This document shows positions 42,024 through 52,795 of a stretch of DNA of 64,000 nucleotides, one piece after another. The notes beneath the pieces are model-generated. The model had not been told where the DNA came from. It ran no database searches and saw only the letters and a program-made list of their open reading frames with translations. A program made the translations under genes and the position numbers. The stretch comes from an uncultured delta proteobacterium. Its GTDB lineage: Bacteria > Desulfobacterota > Desulfobacteria > Desulfobacterales > UBA2156. How positions within the stretch are numbered: position 1 is the stretch's first letter; each line of letters begins with the position of its first letter. The stretch is from contig CAVTQK010000009.1 in NCBI GenBank assembly GCA_963736855.1, positions 224,001-288,000 of the forward strand. Reading direction: 5' to 3'.

Positions 42024-42187
42024 TCCTCCCCGTTTTTATACGATGGCCGTATTCACAAAATATATGATTGGCCCATTTATCGAAAAAGAAACCGGACAGC
42101 AGGGATTTGTTCTAAATTCTTCCGATGGGTTTAATCCTCCTGTCCGGCAATGGGATATATTCCGGACAAGCCGATTCGCGGTGTGTG

Positions 42188-42241
42188 GGCCGGATAATCC
42201 ACGGCGGCGGCTCATGACATGAGTCCCGTGGATCACCGGCC
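42188..42241 (-). terminator. long GC-rich stem-loop downstream of groEL
   Basis: ggccgg-atccacgg-ctcatg / catgag-ccgtggat-ccggcc pairing; no clear U-tract. Confidence 0.5.
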
Positions 42242-42264
42242 CTAACGTGAATGGGAGTATCAGA

Positions 42265-43896
42265 TCAATACATGTCTTCGTCCATGCCTCCCCCTGGCGG
42301 CATGGCGGGTGCTTTCTTCTTTTCCGGTTTTTCAGCCACTAAAGCCTCGGTTGTCAACATGAGCCCGGCCACGGAAGCCGCATTCTGCAGGGCAAACCGT
42401 ACCACTTTGGTAGGGTCGATAACGCCGGATTCGATGAGGTTCTCGTAGGTTTCGGTCACCGCGTTGAATCCAAAATCATCCTTGCCTTCAACAACCCGGT
42501 TAAGGACGACGGATCCTTCGAGGCCGGCGTTTTCGGCGATTTGCCGCAAAGGTTCCTGCAAGGCCCGCTTCAAAATTTCGAGGCCGTGCTTTTCCTCTCC
42601 GGTTACCTTGACTTTATCCAGTGTATCCAGGCATCGGATCAATGCGACACCGCCCCCCGGAACAATACCTTCCTCCACAGCGGCACGGGTGGCATTCAGG
42701 GCATCTTCCACTCGGGCTTTCTTTTCTTTCATTTCAGTTTCGGTGGCCGCTCCGACACTGATGACCGCCACACCACCGATAAGTTTGGCCAGGCGTTCTT
42801 GGAGTTTTTCGCGGTCATAGTCTGAAGTGGTCTCCTCGATCTGCGCCCGTATCTGTTTCACGCGGCCTTCAATGTCTTTTTTGTTTCCTGCGCCGTTGAT
42901 TATGGTGGTATTTTCCTTGTCGATCTTAATGGTCTTGCACTTGCCCAGATCGGTCAGAGTGATTTTTTCTAGCTTGATACCGAGGTCTTCGGAAATCAGA
43001 CGGCCTCCGGTTAAAACGGCGATATCCTCGAGCATCGCCTTGCGGCGATCCCCGAACCCCGGTGCCTTGACCGCGACGGCCTTGAGGGTCCCGCGAAGCT
43101 TATTGACGATCAAGGTGGCCAGTGCCTCCCCTTCCACGTCCTCGGCCACGATCAAAAGGGGTTTTCCCTTCTTGGAAATCTGTTCGAGAAGGGGGATCAA
43201 GTCTTTCATGTTGGAGATTTTCTTTTCATGGAGCAGGATGTAGGGGTCTTCCAGGATGACTTCCATTTTTTCTGCATGGGTGACAAAGTATGGGGAGATA
43301 TATCCCCTGTCAAACTGCATCCCTTCAACAATTTCCAGGCTGGTTTCCATGCTCTTGGCTTCTTCCACCGTGATCACACCTTCTTTGCCCACTTTTTCCA
43401 TGGCTTCTGAAATGAGCTTGCCCACCGTCTCGTCATTGTTGGCCGATATGGTACCGACTTGCTCGATTTCTTTCTTATCTTTAGTGAGTTTGGACAATTT
43501 TTTGAGCTTTTCCACGACGGCCTCAACCCCCTTGTCAATACCCCGTTTCAAAGCCATAGGGTTGATACCGGCTGAAACCAGTTTGTGGCCTTCCACACAA
43601 ATAGACTTGGCCAGCAGAGTCGCGGTGGTAGTTCCGTCTCCGGCGACATCGCTGGTCTTGCTGGCTACTTCTTTGAGCATCTGGGCGCCCATGTTTTCGA
43701 ACTTGTCCTCGAGCTCGATCTCCTTGGCCACGGTAACCCCGTCTTTGGTAACGTTAGGGGATCCGAAGGTTTTTTCCAGAACCACATTGTTGCCCCGCGG
43801 CCCGAGGGTAACCTGAACAGCGTTAGCCAGCGTAACTACGCCTTGAAGCATTTTTTCCCTTGCTTTTGCTCCGTATGCAATCATTTTCGCAGCCAT
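42265..43896 (-). CDS. groEL: chaperonin GroEL
   Basis: [33 protein letters not shown]. Confidence 0.98.
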   Translation of the reverse strand: MAAKMIAYGAKAREKMLQGVVTLANAVQVTLGPRGNNVVLEKTFGSPNVTKDGVTVAKEIELEDKFENMGAQMLKEVASKTSDVAGDGTTTATLLAKSICVEGHKLVSAGINPMALKRGIDKGVEAVVEKLKKLSKLTKDKKEIEQVGTISANNDETVGKLISEAMEKVGKEGVITVEEAKSMETSLEIVEGMQFDRGYISPYFVTHAEKMEVILEDPYILLHEKKISNMKDLIPLLEQISKKGKPLLIVAEDVEGEALATLIVNKLRGTLKAVAVKAPGFGDRRKAMLEDIAVLTGGRLISEDLGIKLEKITLTDLGKCKTIKIDKENTTIINGAGNKKDIEGRVKQIRAQIEETTSDYDREKLQERLAKLIGGVAVISVGAATETEMKEKKARVEDALNATRAAVEEGIVPGGGVALIRCLDTLDKVKVTGEEKHGLEILKRALQEPLRQIAENAGLEGSVVLNRVVEGKDDFGFNAVTETYENLIESGVIDPTKVVRFALQNAASVAGLMLTTEALVAEKPEKKKAPAMPPGGGMDEDMY

Positions 43897-43910
43897 GATG
43901 CGTTACCTCC

Positions 43911-44198
43911 TTAGTCCAAAATTCCCAGAATATCATCTTCTTTCATGAAGACATGTTCGACACCATCGATTTTGATATCGGTTCCCGCATACTTGGAAAA
44001 CAGGATCCGATCCCCTTTTTTCACCTCCAGTGGGGTGCGTTTCCCATCCTCGTCCAGCTTCCCGGGTCCTACAGACACGACCTTGCCTTCCTGGGGCTTT
44101 TCCTTGGCGGTATCGGGAATGATAATTCCGCCGGCTGTCTTTTGTTCTTCCTCAATCCTGACTACTAATACCCTGTCGTTTAATGGTTTGATACTCAT
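43911..44198 (-). CDS. groES: co-chaperonin GroES
   Basis: [29 protein letters not shown]. Confidence 0.98.
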   Translation of the reverse strand: MSIKPLNDRVLVVRIEEEQKTAGGIIIPDTAKEKPQEGKVVSVGPGKLDEDGKRTPLEVKKGDRILFSKYAGTDIKIDGVEHVFMKEDDILGILD

Positions 44199-44733
44199 TG
44201 CCTTAATCCTCCTTGGTTCAATTGCGTTGACAGATATAGGGAGTCCCCTTTATCGAAAAACGGCGCGGGAGGAGTCGTTTTTGAAAAAGGGAATCCGATT
44301 CGCAAGTGGTACAGCATGAATTCATGCATTCCGAAACGATGTTTTTTTCGATTCGTTTCGGATGTCCGGAAAAGATTTTTTATTTGTGTGCCACATGAAA
44401 GCCCGGAATTAATAATTACAGTGGCGTGGATTCGATTTAAAATTTCGGGTAAAAGGTAATGCAAAATTAAGAGTTGTCAAGGGGGTAGAGTCGGTCTTTC
44501 GAACAAAAAATTAAAACATACAAGTTGACCTTGAATTTGTAAATCATGGGTTTAAAAAACAGAAGGTGATGTGAGAATTTTAATTAAATTCTTTAGGTTA
44601 CTCACTGCTCAAAATCCACCCGGAAACCGTTCACCCGCTGACTTGCCGTGGAGAATTTTTAGCCTTTAAAGCTTTAATAGATCGGAGATTTCGCTTAGAA
44701 ATTAGAAATATGATGGCATGGTTATCGGCGGCC

Positions 44734-45876
44734 CTATGGCCGAAAAGTCAGACCCATTTGAATTCCGAAGTCCGGGCTGTTGTCATAGACAATGAAATTT
44801 TCAATGAGGCCCAATTCAAAAAGCCAGCCAGAAAAAAACTCCCACTTCCATCCAAGGGTAAATTCGTGGGAGACATCCGAGAAAGGCCCTAGATCTTCGG
44901 CTTGGCCCTCTGAAGCCAGGTACTGAAGAATCAGACTCTGAGTATTGAGGTATCGCCATTCCAGAGCGAATAACCCCGAAAGCTGAGTCCGTTTCAACCG
45001 GATTCTATCGAGCTGGTCCCCGCCGAACCAGAGGTACCCGCCTGTCAGATAGGCGTAGACAGGGCCGAATCGCTTGGAAAGCATGACGCTTGCTCCGAAA
45101 TCAACGGGTATGTCCCGTTCCAGAGGAGTGCTACCTTCTAATTCATAGCGAGCCGTGAGCGCGTAGGCAAAGGCCGGCCAAAGCTTTTTGCCGCAGGTGA
45201 TATTGTGCTGCAGCGTTAACAGAATCCCTTGTGAATAGACGCCGCTCTCTCCGTCTTGCTGCACCAGAGGATTCCCCTGATCGTCCCGAATGTCGATGAA
45301 GACCCGGTGGTTGGGAAAAACGTCCCGGCCGTCCTGATCGATGCCGAAGGTCTCATGAAAATCCGAGATGAAGCCATCCATGATTCCTCCGAAAGTCCGT
45401 CGTTCATCGTATGCCAATTCCAGAGTCCATCGATCGCTGAGTCCATAATTGACATGGAAGGTGGAATGAAGGCTTTCATAATCCAGGGTAAAGCTTTCCT
45501 TTTCAAACGCCCAAATATTGGCCAGGACGGAGGCAACCCCGAATTCCCACTTATTTTTAGAAAGGGTTGCCGGAGTCCTGGGTGTAAAACCGAGACGAAG
45601 GGATTGAAATGGAGATTGAGAAGAGATTCTTAAAGGGCCGTAGCCCACCTCTTCCAGGCAGAAATCCCCGGACCGAAAACCCACGATGTCTTGAACTGAA
45701 GTTTGAGGAGGGATCTCTATCTGGACTGGATTGGAGACATCGGGCGGATCGGCCGGCTTTTCGGCAGTGAACCCGCCGGAAATAGGCAGAAAAAGGAGGG
45801 GCAAGAGAATACAAAGACCCCTTCTCAGAGATCGGACCGAACAGGCCGTCGAAGAGCAGACGGGGTCCTTGATCAC
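44734..45876 (-). CDS. DUF3187-like putative outer-membrane beta-barrel protein
   Basis: Signal-like N-terminus, GGIMDGFISDFHETFG, C-terminal NSPDFG..LTF. Confidence 0.65.
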   Translation of the reverse strand: MIKDPVCSSTACSVRSLRRGLCILLPLLFLPISGGFTAEKPADPPDVSNPVQIEIPPQTSVQDIVGFRSGDFCLEEVGYGPLRISSQSPFQSLRLGFTPRTPATLSKNKWEFGVASVLANIWAFEKESFTLDYESLHSTFHVNYGLSDRWTLELAYDERRTFGGIMDGFISDFHETFGIDQDGRDVFPNHRVFIDIRDDQGNPLVQQDGESGVYSQGILLTLQHNITCGKKLWPAFAYALTARYELEGSTPLERDIPVDFGASVMLSKRFGPVYAYLTGGYLWFGGDQLDRIRLKRTQLSGLFALEWRYLNTQSLILQYLASEGQAEDLGPFSDVSHEFTLGWKWEFFSGWLFELGLIENFIVYDNSPDFGIQMGLTFRP

Positions 45877-46017
45877 TTCAGATTCCCCCGCATAATTAGT
45901 CTAAACCCTGGTAGGTATGTTCAAAGGTCAGCCCAGGCTGTAGAAAAAGCCTCTTTAATGCATCCTCCAAAGTTCTAACGAGATCTGTCGGCGACCCAAG
46001 AGCCTATTTTAGGGCCT

Positions 46018-46881
46018 TCAGAAAGAGCGTTGATACACAATGCCCACATATCCGACAAAGCTTGTGCCGGGACTCTTGTCATAGCTGGTGGCATAGGCGA
46101 TGCGATGTCCGCGGTTTGCCCCCAGCGACTTCGAGGCGACGACGGCCGTCGCCGCCGCACCGGCGCAGCAGGCATTTTGGCGGGATTCCGCTACCAGAAG
46201 GACCTGTTCCGGGTCCATCGCCAACAGAATTTCGATGATTTCATGGTCGTTTTCGGTTTTAACCCAATCCAATGCCTTTGAACCGGTCCCTTTGGGAGTG
46301 AAAGCGTAGTTATGGCCATAATGAGTCAGATCGGTGGACCCTACCACCCGAATGCGTTTTCCCGTTTTTTTGGCCAGATCCACCACCGTCTTTCCGATGG
46401 CAAGGGAGTTTCGATGGGGTGGGACCCCGATAGGCACCAATTGGGCATTATCAAAAAAGTACTTTATAAATGGAAGCTGAAGCTCAATGGTGTTATCCGG
46501 AGTGAAATCATCTGCATGTTCTACCTTGAACACAAATTGTTTGGTGAGCGACCGGGCCAATTCCGAATCGATCCGGATGGACCCAAAGGGGGTTTCCCAG
46601 GCACCCGAATCCATAATGTAATTTGGAGACGACGGATGCAGGTGCATCCCGAAAACGACAACAGTGTCCACCGACCCGGCTTGAGACAGTGCATGAATGA
46701 CATTACAGGCAATTGCACCCGAAAAGAACCATCCGGCATGGGGAACAATACCGCTCACTGGATTCTCCAACTTTTCCCTGGAGATGGAAGGCTCCTTGAG
46801 GAATTGTTGAATCATTTGTTCGCATTCGGAAGGCTGTGACGGGTACCAGGTTTCGGCAAAAATGGCGTTTCTGGTTTCCAT
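46018..46881 (-). CDS. stand-alone AmmeMemoRadiSam protein B (MEMO1 family)
   Basis: WYP, VPHAGWFFSG, DNTIELQLPF, STDLTHYG, VGYVG; start at ATG 46881. Confidence 0.88.
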   Translation of the reverse strand: METRNAIFAETWYPSQPSECEQMIQQFLKEPSISREKLENPVSGIVPHAGWFFSGAIACNVIHALSQAGSVDTVVVFGMHLHPSSPNYIMDSGAWETPFGSIRIDSELARSLTKQFVFKVEHADDFTPDNTIELQLPFIKYFFDNAQLVPIGVPPHRNSLAIGKTVVDLAKKTGKRIRVVGSTDLTHYGHNYAFTPKGTGSKALDWVKTENDHEIIEILLAMDPEQVLLVAESRQNACCAGAAATAVVASKSLGANRGHRIAYATSYDKSPGTSFVGYVGIVYQRSF

Positions 46882-46972
46882 GGCATCTCCATTTGCTTGG
46901 TTAGCGATATATACACCCCACAGCCGGAAATCACAACTTATTAGTTGCCAAGGATATCTTACATATCGAAGC

Positions 46973-47003
46973 TCCCTCACCCTTACTTTTCCCCGCAAGG
47001 GGC
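46973..47003. repeat. degenerate REP-like motif
   Basis: ccctcacccttacttttccccgcaagggg resembles the CCCTCACCCTAACCCTCTCCC..GGG dispersed repeat; single copy here. Confidence 0.3.
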
Positions 47004-47247
47004 GGATCGGGTCATGAGAAGAGGTTTTTCCAATCCCTGAAGGGAGGATTACCTGCCCATGCGTAGCGCCATGCAGACACGGAGTGCGGCAATCGCAGGC
47101 CTTGATATGATGTTGGGAATCTTTATAAAATCCGATTTCTTAGAAAAGTTGACAGGGCATTCTAAGGGAATTATTTTAATTTAATGAAGTGGCTTTGGAA
47201 ATTATTTTTTCGCTTCTTTATGGAAATGAATTGAAGGTATCTTTAAT

Positions 47248-47724
47248 TTGGCTGAAGCAACGGTAAAGGAAAGCGGGATGGATACCCACCAGATGTTTAC
47301 CGTGGATCTGAACGTGCGTTTCAGGGACATGGATGCTAATCGGCATGTGAACAACGCGGTGTTTTTCACCTATTTCGAGGAAGGCCGGAGAGCCTTTTTC
47401 CAAAAGCACTTTGAAAGGGTTTTTGTTTTTCCCTTTATTTTAGCCCATGCAGCGTGTGACTACAAAAAGCCCATCACCCTAAACGATGACATCCAGCTTG
47501 CCATGTGGGTGGGTGATATTGGGAACAAGCGCTTCGATTTTATTTATCGCATCATAGGTCGTCAGGACACGACGTTGGTTTACGCATTGGGAAAATCGAC
47601 CCAGGTTTCTTTCGATTATCAAAAGCAAAAGTCCATCGTTATTCCAAAGCATGTCGCCGAGCTCCTGGTCCCTTACCAGGATATTTCATTGCAAAAAGAA
47701 CGCTCGACGATTATTAAAGTATAA
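47248..47724 (+). CDS. 4HBT/YbgC-family acyl-CoA thioesterase
   Basis: VRFRDMDANRHVNNAVFFTYFEEGR. Confidence 0.88.
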   Translation: MAEATVKESGMDTHQMFTVDLNVRFRDMDANRHVNNAVFFTYFEEGRRAFFQKHFERVFVFPFILAHAACDYKKPITLNDDIQLAMWVGDIGNKRFDFIYRIIGRQDTTLVYALGKSTQVSFDYQKQKSIVIPKHVAELLVPYQDISLQKERSTIIKV

Positions 47725-47751
47725 AAAAATAATTCGTTAAGGAAATCATTA

Positions 47752-47946
47752 ATGCCAATCTATGAATTTAATTGTCAAGCGTGCGATCATTGTTTTGAAA
47801 AATTGGTCTTTGTGAGTGAAGACGAGCCTGTCAGATGTCCGAAGTGCAACAGCGCCGATGTGAAAAAGCAGGTCAGCTGCGCAAGCCTTATCGGCACATC
47901 CGGATTGTCGAGATGTGCGCCGGGCTCCGGAAAGGGTTTTTCCTGA
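47752..47946 (+). CDS. FmdB-family zinc-ribbon protein (possible Sec extension to 47955)
   Basis: MPIYEFNCQAC..FE..CPKC. Confidence 0.9.
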   Translation: MPIYEFNCQACDHCFEKLVFVSEDEPVRCPKCNSADVKKQVSCASLIGTSGLSRCAPGSGKGFS

Positions 47947-48167
47947 GCCACCTGATGACGAAGCGGCGGTCGCCGCATCAGGATCTTTCTCGCCATGGAG
48001 GCGCCGGCGCCTCACTATTACCCATCGATGGTTGACAAGGCTTCCCCTTTGTAAAATCGTGGTTAATTTACTCAAGAAAAAAGGTGTGAAAATTTATAAA
48101 CGCCTCTAATCCAAGCTGGTAAAAGAGTGCGACTTGAGGTTCTGATGAGTCGAACAGGAGGTCTACT

Positions 48168-48995
48168 ATGTGGGAGTATACCGATAAAGTCAAAGACCAT
48201 TTTTTAAATCCGCGTAATGTGGGGGTACTCACAGATGCAGACGGCATTGGAGAGGTCGGATCTCTGGCCTGTGGGGATGCACTCAAGCTCACCTTCAAAT
48301 TGGACGAAAATAGGCGGATCCGGGAAGCCAAATTCCAGACCTTTGGATGTGCCAGCGCCATTGCCTCTTCCTCGGCGCTGACCGAGATAATCAAGGGTTT
48401 AACCCTCGAAGAAGCCGCAAGAATCACCAACGAGGATATTGCCCGGTATCTTGGAGGGTTGCCGAAAGAGAAAATGCACTGCTCGGTGATGGGGAGAGAC
48501 GCCCTTGAAAAGGCCATTGCGCATTATCGGGGTGAAGCGGAAAAGAAAAAGGAAGGTCGTATTGTCTGTGAGTGCTTCGGCGTCACTGATTTGGAGATCG
48601 AACGAGCGGTCCGCGAGAACCATCTCCATACCATAGAAGACGTTACCGACTACGTGAAGGCCGGTGGCGGATGCGGCAATTGCCATGAAGCCATCCAGGA
48701 GATTATCGATACTGTCTGGAATAAAGGCCATATCCAAAAGGAAATTCCCCTAAGGCTTACAAATATTCAGAAAATCAAGCTCATCGAAGAAACGCTGGAC
48801 CGTGAAATCAAACCGGCCCTTAAAAAGGACGGGGGAGACATCGAACTCGTCGACGTGGAGGGAGACCGGGTTTTTGTGAAGCTTCGAGGCACATGCGCCA
48901 CCTGTGCCGCATCCCAGGTGACTCTTAAAGGGTATGTGGAAACCAAACTGCAGGAGCTGGTTTTACCGCAACTGGTGGTGGAGGAGGTGCAATGA
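48168..48995 (+). CDS. nifU: Fe-S cluster scaffold NifU
   Basis: MWEYTDKV, ACGD, FGCASA, MHCS, CECF..GGCGNC, DGGD..CATC. Confidence 0.95.
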   Translation: MWEYTDKVKDHFLNPRNVGVLTDADGIGEVGSLACGDALKLTFKLDENRRIREAKFQTFGCASAIASSSALTEIIKGLTLEEAARITNEDIARYLGGLPKEKMHCSVMGRDALEKAIAHYRGEAEKKKEGRIVCECFGVTDLEIERAVRENHLHTIEDVTDYVKAGGGCGNCHEAIQEIIDTVWNKGHIQKEIPLRLTNIQKIKLIEETLDREIKPALKKDGGDIELVDVEGDRVFVKLRGTCATCAASQVTLKGYVETKLQELVLPQLVVEEVQ

Positions 48996-50152
48996 TGGAT
49001 GTTATCTATGTCGACAACAATGCCACGACCCGGGCAGCCCCCGAGGTCATTGAGGAGATGCTTCCCTACTTTGGCGATTTGTATGGTAATCCCTCCAGTA
49101 TGCATACTTTTGGCGGAAACGTGGGCCGGAAAGTAGGAGAGGCGCGGGAAAAGGTGGCACACCTCATCGGCGCTTCGCCGGAAGAGATTATCTTTACCGG
49201 GTGCGGGACAGAAAGCGACAATACTGCCATAAACGCCGCCATCGAATCCAACCCGGAAAAAAAGCACATCGTCGCCACCCGGGTGGAACATCCTGCAGTG
49301 AAAAATCTGTTCGAGCATCTCTCAAAAAAAGGATATCGGACCACCTTCATCCCGGTGGACCGCCAAGGTCGTCTCGACACCGATGCCTTGGAGAGAAGCC
49401 TTACCGACGACACGGCCGTTGTCAGTATCATGTGGGCCAATAATGAGACCGGCGTCGTGTTTCCCATCGAAGAAATCGCCCAACGGGTTCGCGAAAGGGG
49501 AATCGTTTTTCATACCGACGCGGTGCAGACAGTGGGGAAGATCCCCGTCGATGTAAAAAAGGCTGGCGTAGACATGCTGTCATTGTCCGGTCACAAGATC
49601 CACGCGCCCAAAGGTATTGCCGCATTATATGTCCGCAAAGGCGTCAAATTCTCCCCGTTTCTCATCGGGGGACATCAGGAGCGCGGCCGCAGAGGCGGGA
49701 CCGAGAATGTCGCTTCCATCATCGGGATGGGAAAGGCTTGCGAACTGGCCCTCGATCACCTGAAGGAGCAGGCCGGTCGCGTCAAGACTCTTCGCGACAG
49801 ACTGGAAAACGGTCTATTGAAAGGCACGCCCAAGGCGCTGATCAACGGGGACCGGGAACATCGCCTTCCCAATACGACCAGCATCAGCTTCGAGTACGTA
49901 GAAGGCGAATCTATCCTCCTCATGATGGACCGACTGGGTATCTGTGCCTCTTCGGGGTCCGCATGTACCTCCGGATCCCTGGAGCCCTCCCATGTTCTAA
50001 GGGCCATGGGAGTTCCCTTTACTGCAGCCCACGGGTCGATCCGGTTCAGTTTGAGTGTCTATAACACCGAAAAGGAAATCGATTTCATCATTAAGGAGTT
50101 GCCGCCCATCATTGCAAAGCTCAGAGAAATATCTCCATTTTGGAAACCTTAA
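48992..50152 (+). CDS. nifS: cysteine desulfurase NifS
   Basis: DNNATT, YGNPSS, SGHK.HAPKG, SSGSACTS. Confidence 0.95.
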   Translation: MMDVIYVDNNATTRAAPEVIEEMLPYFGDLYGNPSSMHTFGGNVGRKVGEAREKVAHLIGASPEEIIFTGCGTESDNTAINAAIESNPEKKHIVATRVEHPAVKNLFEHLSKKGYRTTFIPVDRQGRLDTDALERSLTDDTAVVSIMWANNETGVVFPIEEIAQRVRERGIVFHTDAVQTVGKIPVDVKKAGVDMLSLSGHKIHAPKGIAALYVRKGVKFSPFLIGGHQERGRRGGTENVASIIGMGKACELALDHLKEQAGRVKTLRDRLENGLLKGTPKALINGDREHRLPNTTSISFEYVEGESILLMMDRLGICASSGSACTSGSLEPSHVLRAMGVPFTAAHGSIRFSLSVYNTEKEIDFIIKELPPIIAKLREISPFWKP

Positions 50153-50278
50153 ATTCCATCATTGGATCGAATTCAAAGAGAAGAGCCTGTCTTACACAAA
50201 AGGAATAAAAAAGAATGCTTGACAGGAGGATCCGTATATCCTATAGGTGCCCGAAAAGCTTGGGGATACTGAATCAGG

Positions 50279-50836
50279 ATGATGGATCGTCGGGAATTTC
50301 TGAAAATCGGTTTTGGGTGTGTCACGCTCGCTGCGGCGACGTGCTTGATTCCCGATCCCCTTCTGGCGGCCGTGAGACAATCATCGGTCCCAAGAAGCCT
50401 TTCGTTTTATAATACCCACACCGGAGAGTCTTTGGGTATCACCTATGCCATTGACGGTGCATATATTTCGGACGCACTCGAAGAAATCGATCATGTCTTT
50501 CGTGACCATCGCACCGGAGAGGTCAAGGTCATCGATCCCAACCTGCTGGATCTCCTTTATGCCGTTTCAAAAAAAATGGAAATTTCAGCACGATATCCGC
50601 TCCATATCGTTTCCGGGTATCGCTCCCCGGAAACCAATGCCTTATTGCGCGGAAAAAGCCGTCGGGTGGCGAAAAACAGCTATCATGTAAAAGGACAGGC
50701 CCTGGATTTCCGGGTGCCCCGGATCCAGCTTTCCCAACTGCGTAAAGCGGCTTTAAGCCTGCGCGCCGGAGGAGTCGGCTACTATCCCCGGTCGCAATTT
50801 CTGCATCTCGACGTCGGGGATTTCCGCTACTGGTAG
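50279..50836 (+). CDS. DUF882/YcbK (M15) peptidase with Tat signal
   Basis: DRREFLK, HTGE, SGYRSP.TN, SYH..GQALD, GGVGYYP..FLHLDVG. Confidence 0.92.
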   Translation: MMDRREFLKIGFGCVTLAAATCLIPDPLLAAVRQSSVPRSLSFYNTHTGESLGITYAIDGAYISDALEEIDHVFRDHRTGEVKVIDPNLLDLLYAVSKKMEISARYPLHIVSGYRSPETNALLRGKSRRVAKNSYHVKGQALDFRVPRIQLSQLRKAALSLRAGGVGYYPRSQFLHLDVGDFRYW

Positions 50837-52524
50837 GTTTTGCTGACCGGAGATTCGGTGCTTAGCGGGCGCTCCTTCAGGGCACGATCCAGAAGCAGGT
50901 CTCTTCCGTAGATGTCTTTCCGGAAATGGATTGCCCCGTCCGGCTCCACCCATGCGGTCCAGTATAGGAGATGAACCGGGACGCGGTTTTTCAGGATAAT
51001 GATCCGATTTTTGTCGGAGATGATCGCTTTTTCAATCTGTTCTTTACTCCAGGCAGGATCTTCCTTGAGCAAGTAGGTCGCCAGTTCCAGAGGTTTTTCG
51101 ACACGGATACATCCGGAGCTGAAAGCACGGACGGTGCTGTTAAAAAGCCTGTGCTGGGGGGTATCGTGGAGATAGACGGAGAAGCGGTTCGGAAACATGA
51201 ATTTGATGCGGCCTAAAGCGTTTTGAGGCCCTGGGTCCTGTCGAAGACGATATAAAAAATTTCTTGGGGTGATACCCGACCAGTCGATGTTCTCCGGTGC
51301 AACTTCTGTGACATCGCCTTCCCATCCGTTTAAAACGCGGTAACCGTTTTCTAATAGATAGGAAGGGTTTTTCCGAATCAAGGGGAGCTTGTCTTCGACG
51401 GCGATTCGGAAGGGGACGTTCCAATAGGGGTTGATTACCAGGTATTTCATGGTTTCACTGAAGACCGGTGTTTTTCGATAATGGGTACCCACAACAACCC
51501 GCATGGTCAAAATCGAACGGCCTGATTCCATTACGTGCAGTTGAAATGCGGCGATGTTGACGAGTATATGACGCTGACCCAATTTATGGGGGAGCCATCG
51601 CCATCGCTCCAGATTGAGTTCCATCTGGCGGATACGTCCGGCCACCGGGCGATTGAGCTGGTTCAGGGTCTCTTTTCCAAGGATGCCGTCCGCTTCGAGA
51701 CCGTGACGGCACTGGAACCGTCGTAGCGCAGAGTCCATGGGTTTATCGAAAAAAAGGCTCGTTTCATCAGCGGTATTTTCTAGATCTCCCGTGACTTTAA
51801 ATAACTTTCTCAGTAACGCAACGCGGGCATCGGTCTCCCCTGTTTTCAGGGCAGGCCCGGAGGGTATTTGAAGCCACCGTTTCTCTGCGGCAATTTCTCG
51901 GTAGGTCAACAGAGCCGCTTTCAGCCGGCGGTAGCCTTCGTCTGAAGGGGTAAGGGCGGTAAGTTTTTCGGCGATGCGGCCGGTCGCCAGCGCTTCGGAG
52001 AGTTCCCGGGCGAGGTCGATTTCAGGATGAAAGGCCACCCAGGCGGTGTGAATGGTTTCCGGATCGACCCGGCCGCTGAAAAGATGCGTTGCGTAAAGCA
52101 GGAAAGCATCAGTGAGTAGGATATCCAATTCTGCAAGGGTGGAAGGGGTGGCCGTACCGGATCCGGAGTCCGATTTCCCGAGTTGAGCCAATATGTTTTG
52201 GATTTCCGAGTAGTGGTAGATCTCCGGAGAAAGCCCCTCATCCCTGGAAGATGCAAGGGATGAAAACAACTCCCTGGCATGAGGTGTGGGGTTTCCCTCA
52301 AGGGTCCAGGCCGGTGCGTAACCCCTCTTTCGGTAAAATTCAGGGATGGCCGAAATGCCGCAGATCCTCTCTTTCCGGCAGGTGAAAATGTTCGTCTTTT
52401 GACCCGCCTGAATTATGACAAAAATCTGACGGGCTACCGGATCTAGCTCCTGAGAAAATGCGATGCCCGAAATTGCCCAGAGAAGGGCAAAAACCGTACC
52501 GATGAAAGCAAAAAGGTTATTCAC
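50827..52524 (-). CDS. L,D-transpeptidase (YcbB/LdtD type)
   Basis: PG-binding domain (FQ.RHGL.ADG), NLERWRW, YLHDTP..SSGCIR. Confidence 0.92.
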   Translation of the reverse strand: MNNLFAFIGTVFALLWAISGIAFSQELDPVARQIFVIIQAGQKTNIFTCRKERICGISAIPEFYRKRGYAPAWTLEGNPTPHARELFSSLASSRDEGLSPEIYHYSEIQNILAQLGKSDSGSGTATPSTLAELDILLTDAFLLYATHLFSGRVDPETIHTAWVAFHPEIDLARELSEALATGRIAEKLTALTPSDEGYRRLKAALLTYREIAAEKRWLQIPSGPALKTGETDARVALLRKLFKVTGDLENTADETSLFFDKPMDSALRRFQCRHGLEADGILGKETLNQLNRPVAGRIRQMELNLERWRWLPHKLGQRHILVNIAAFQLHVMESGRSILTMRVVVGTHYRKTPVFSETMKYLVINPYWNVPFRIAVEDKLPLIRKNPSYLLENGYRVLNGWEGDVTEVAPENIDWSGITPRNFLYRLRQDPGPQNALGRIKFMFPNRFSVYLHDTPQHRLFNSTVRAFSSGCIRVEKPLELATYLLKEDPAWSKEQIEKAIISDKNRIIILKNRVPVHLLYWTAWVEPDGAIHFRKDIYGRDLLLDRALKERPLSTESPVSKTYQ

Positions 52525-52795
52525 GTGAACAGCATCTCCTGTTTTCTCCGAAAAGAAGGCGCTCTTTTTTCCATTTGTTGATCAACCATAATGCGTGATT
52601 GCTTACGGGTCAATCGGTTAGACAAATGTTCATTGAAGAAAACTCGGAAAAGGGACACCTAACTTGAAGCAATAGCCTGCTCGTGTTATTTTCCTTTTAT
52701 GTGATGATGTACAAAGCCGTCAAAACTGGTAAACAGGAATAAATTCCGGGCCGTGTCCCTATAAACCGACGAAGGTCGGGAGGAGAAAGGAGCCG

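Noticed and set aside
44200..44730. CIRCE operator or replication origin in the AT-rich region upstream of groES
   Set aside because: No TTAGCACTC-N9-GAGTGCTAA and no DnaA-box cluster found
50279..52524. Convergent overlapping DUF882 and L,D-transpeptidase genes as a novel system
   Set aside because: The ycbB-ycbK pairing is well known; only the orientation differs
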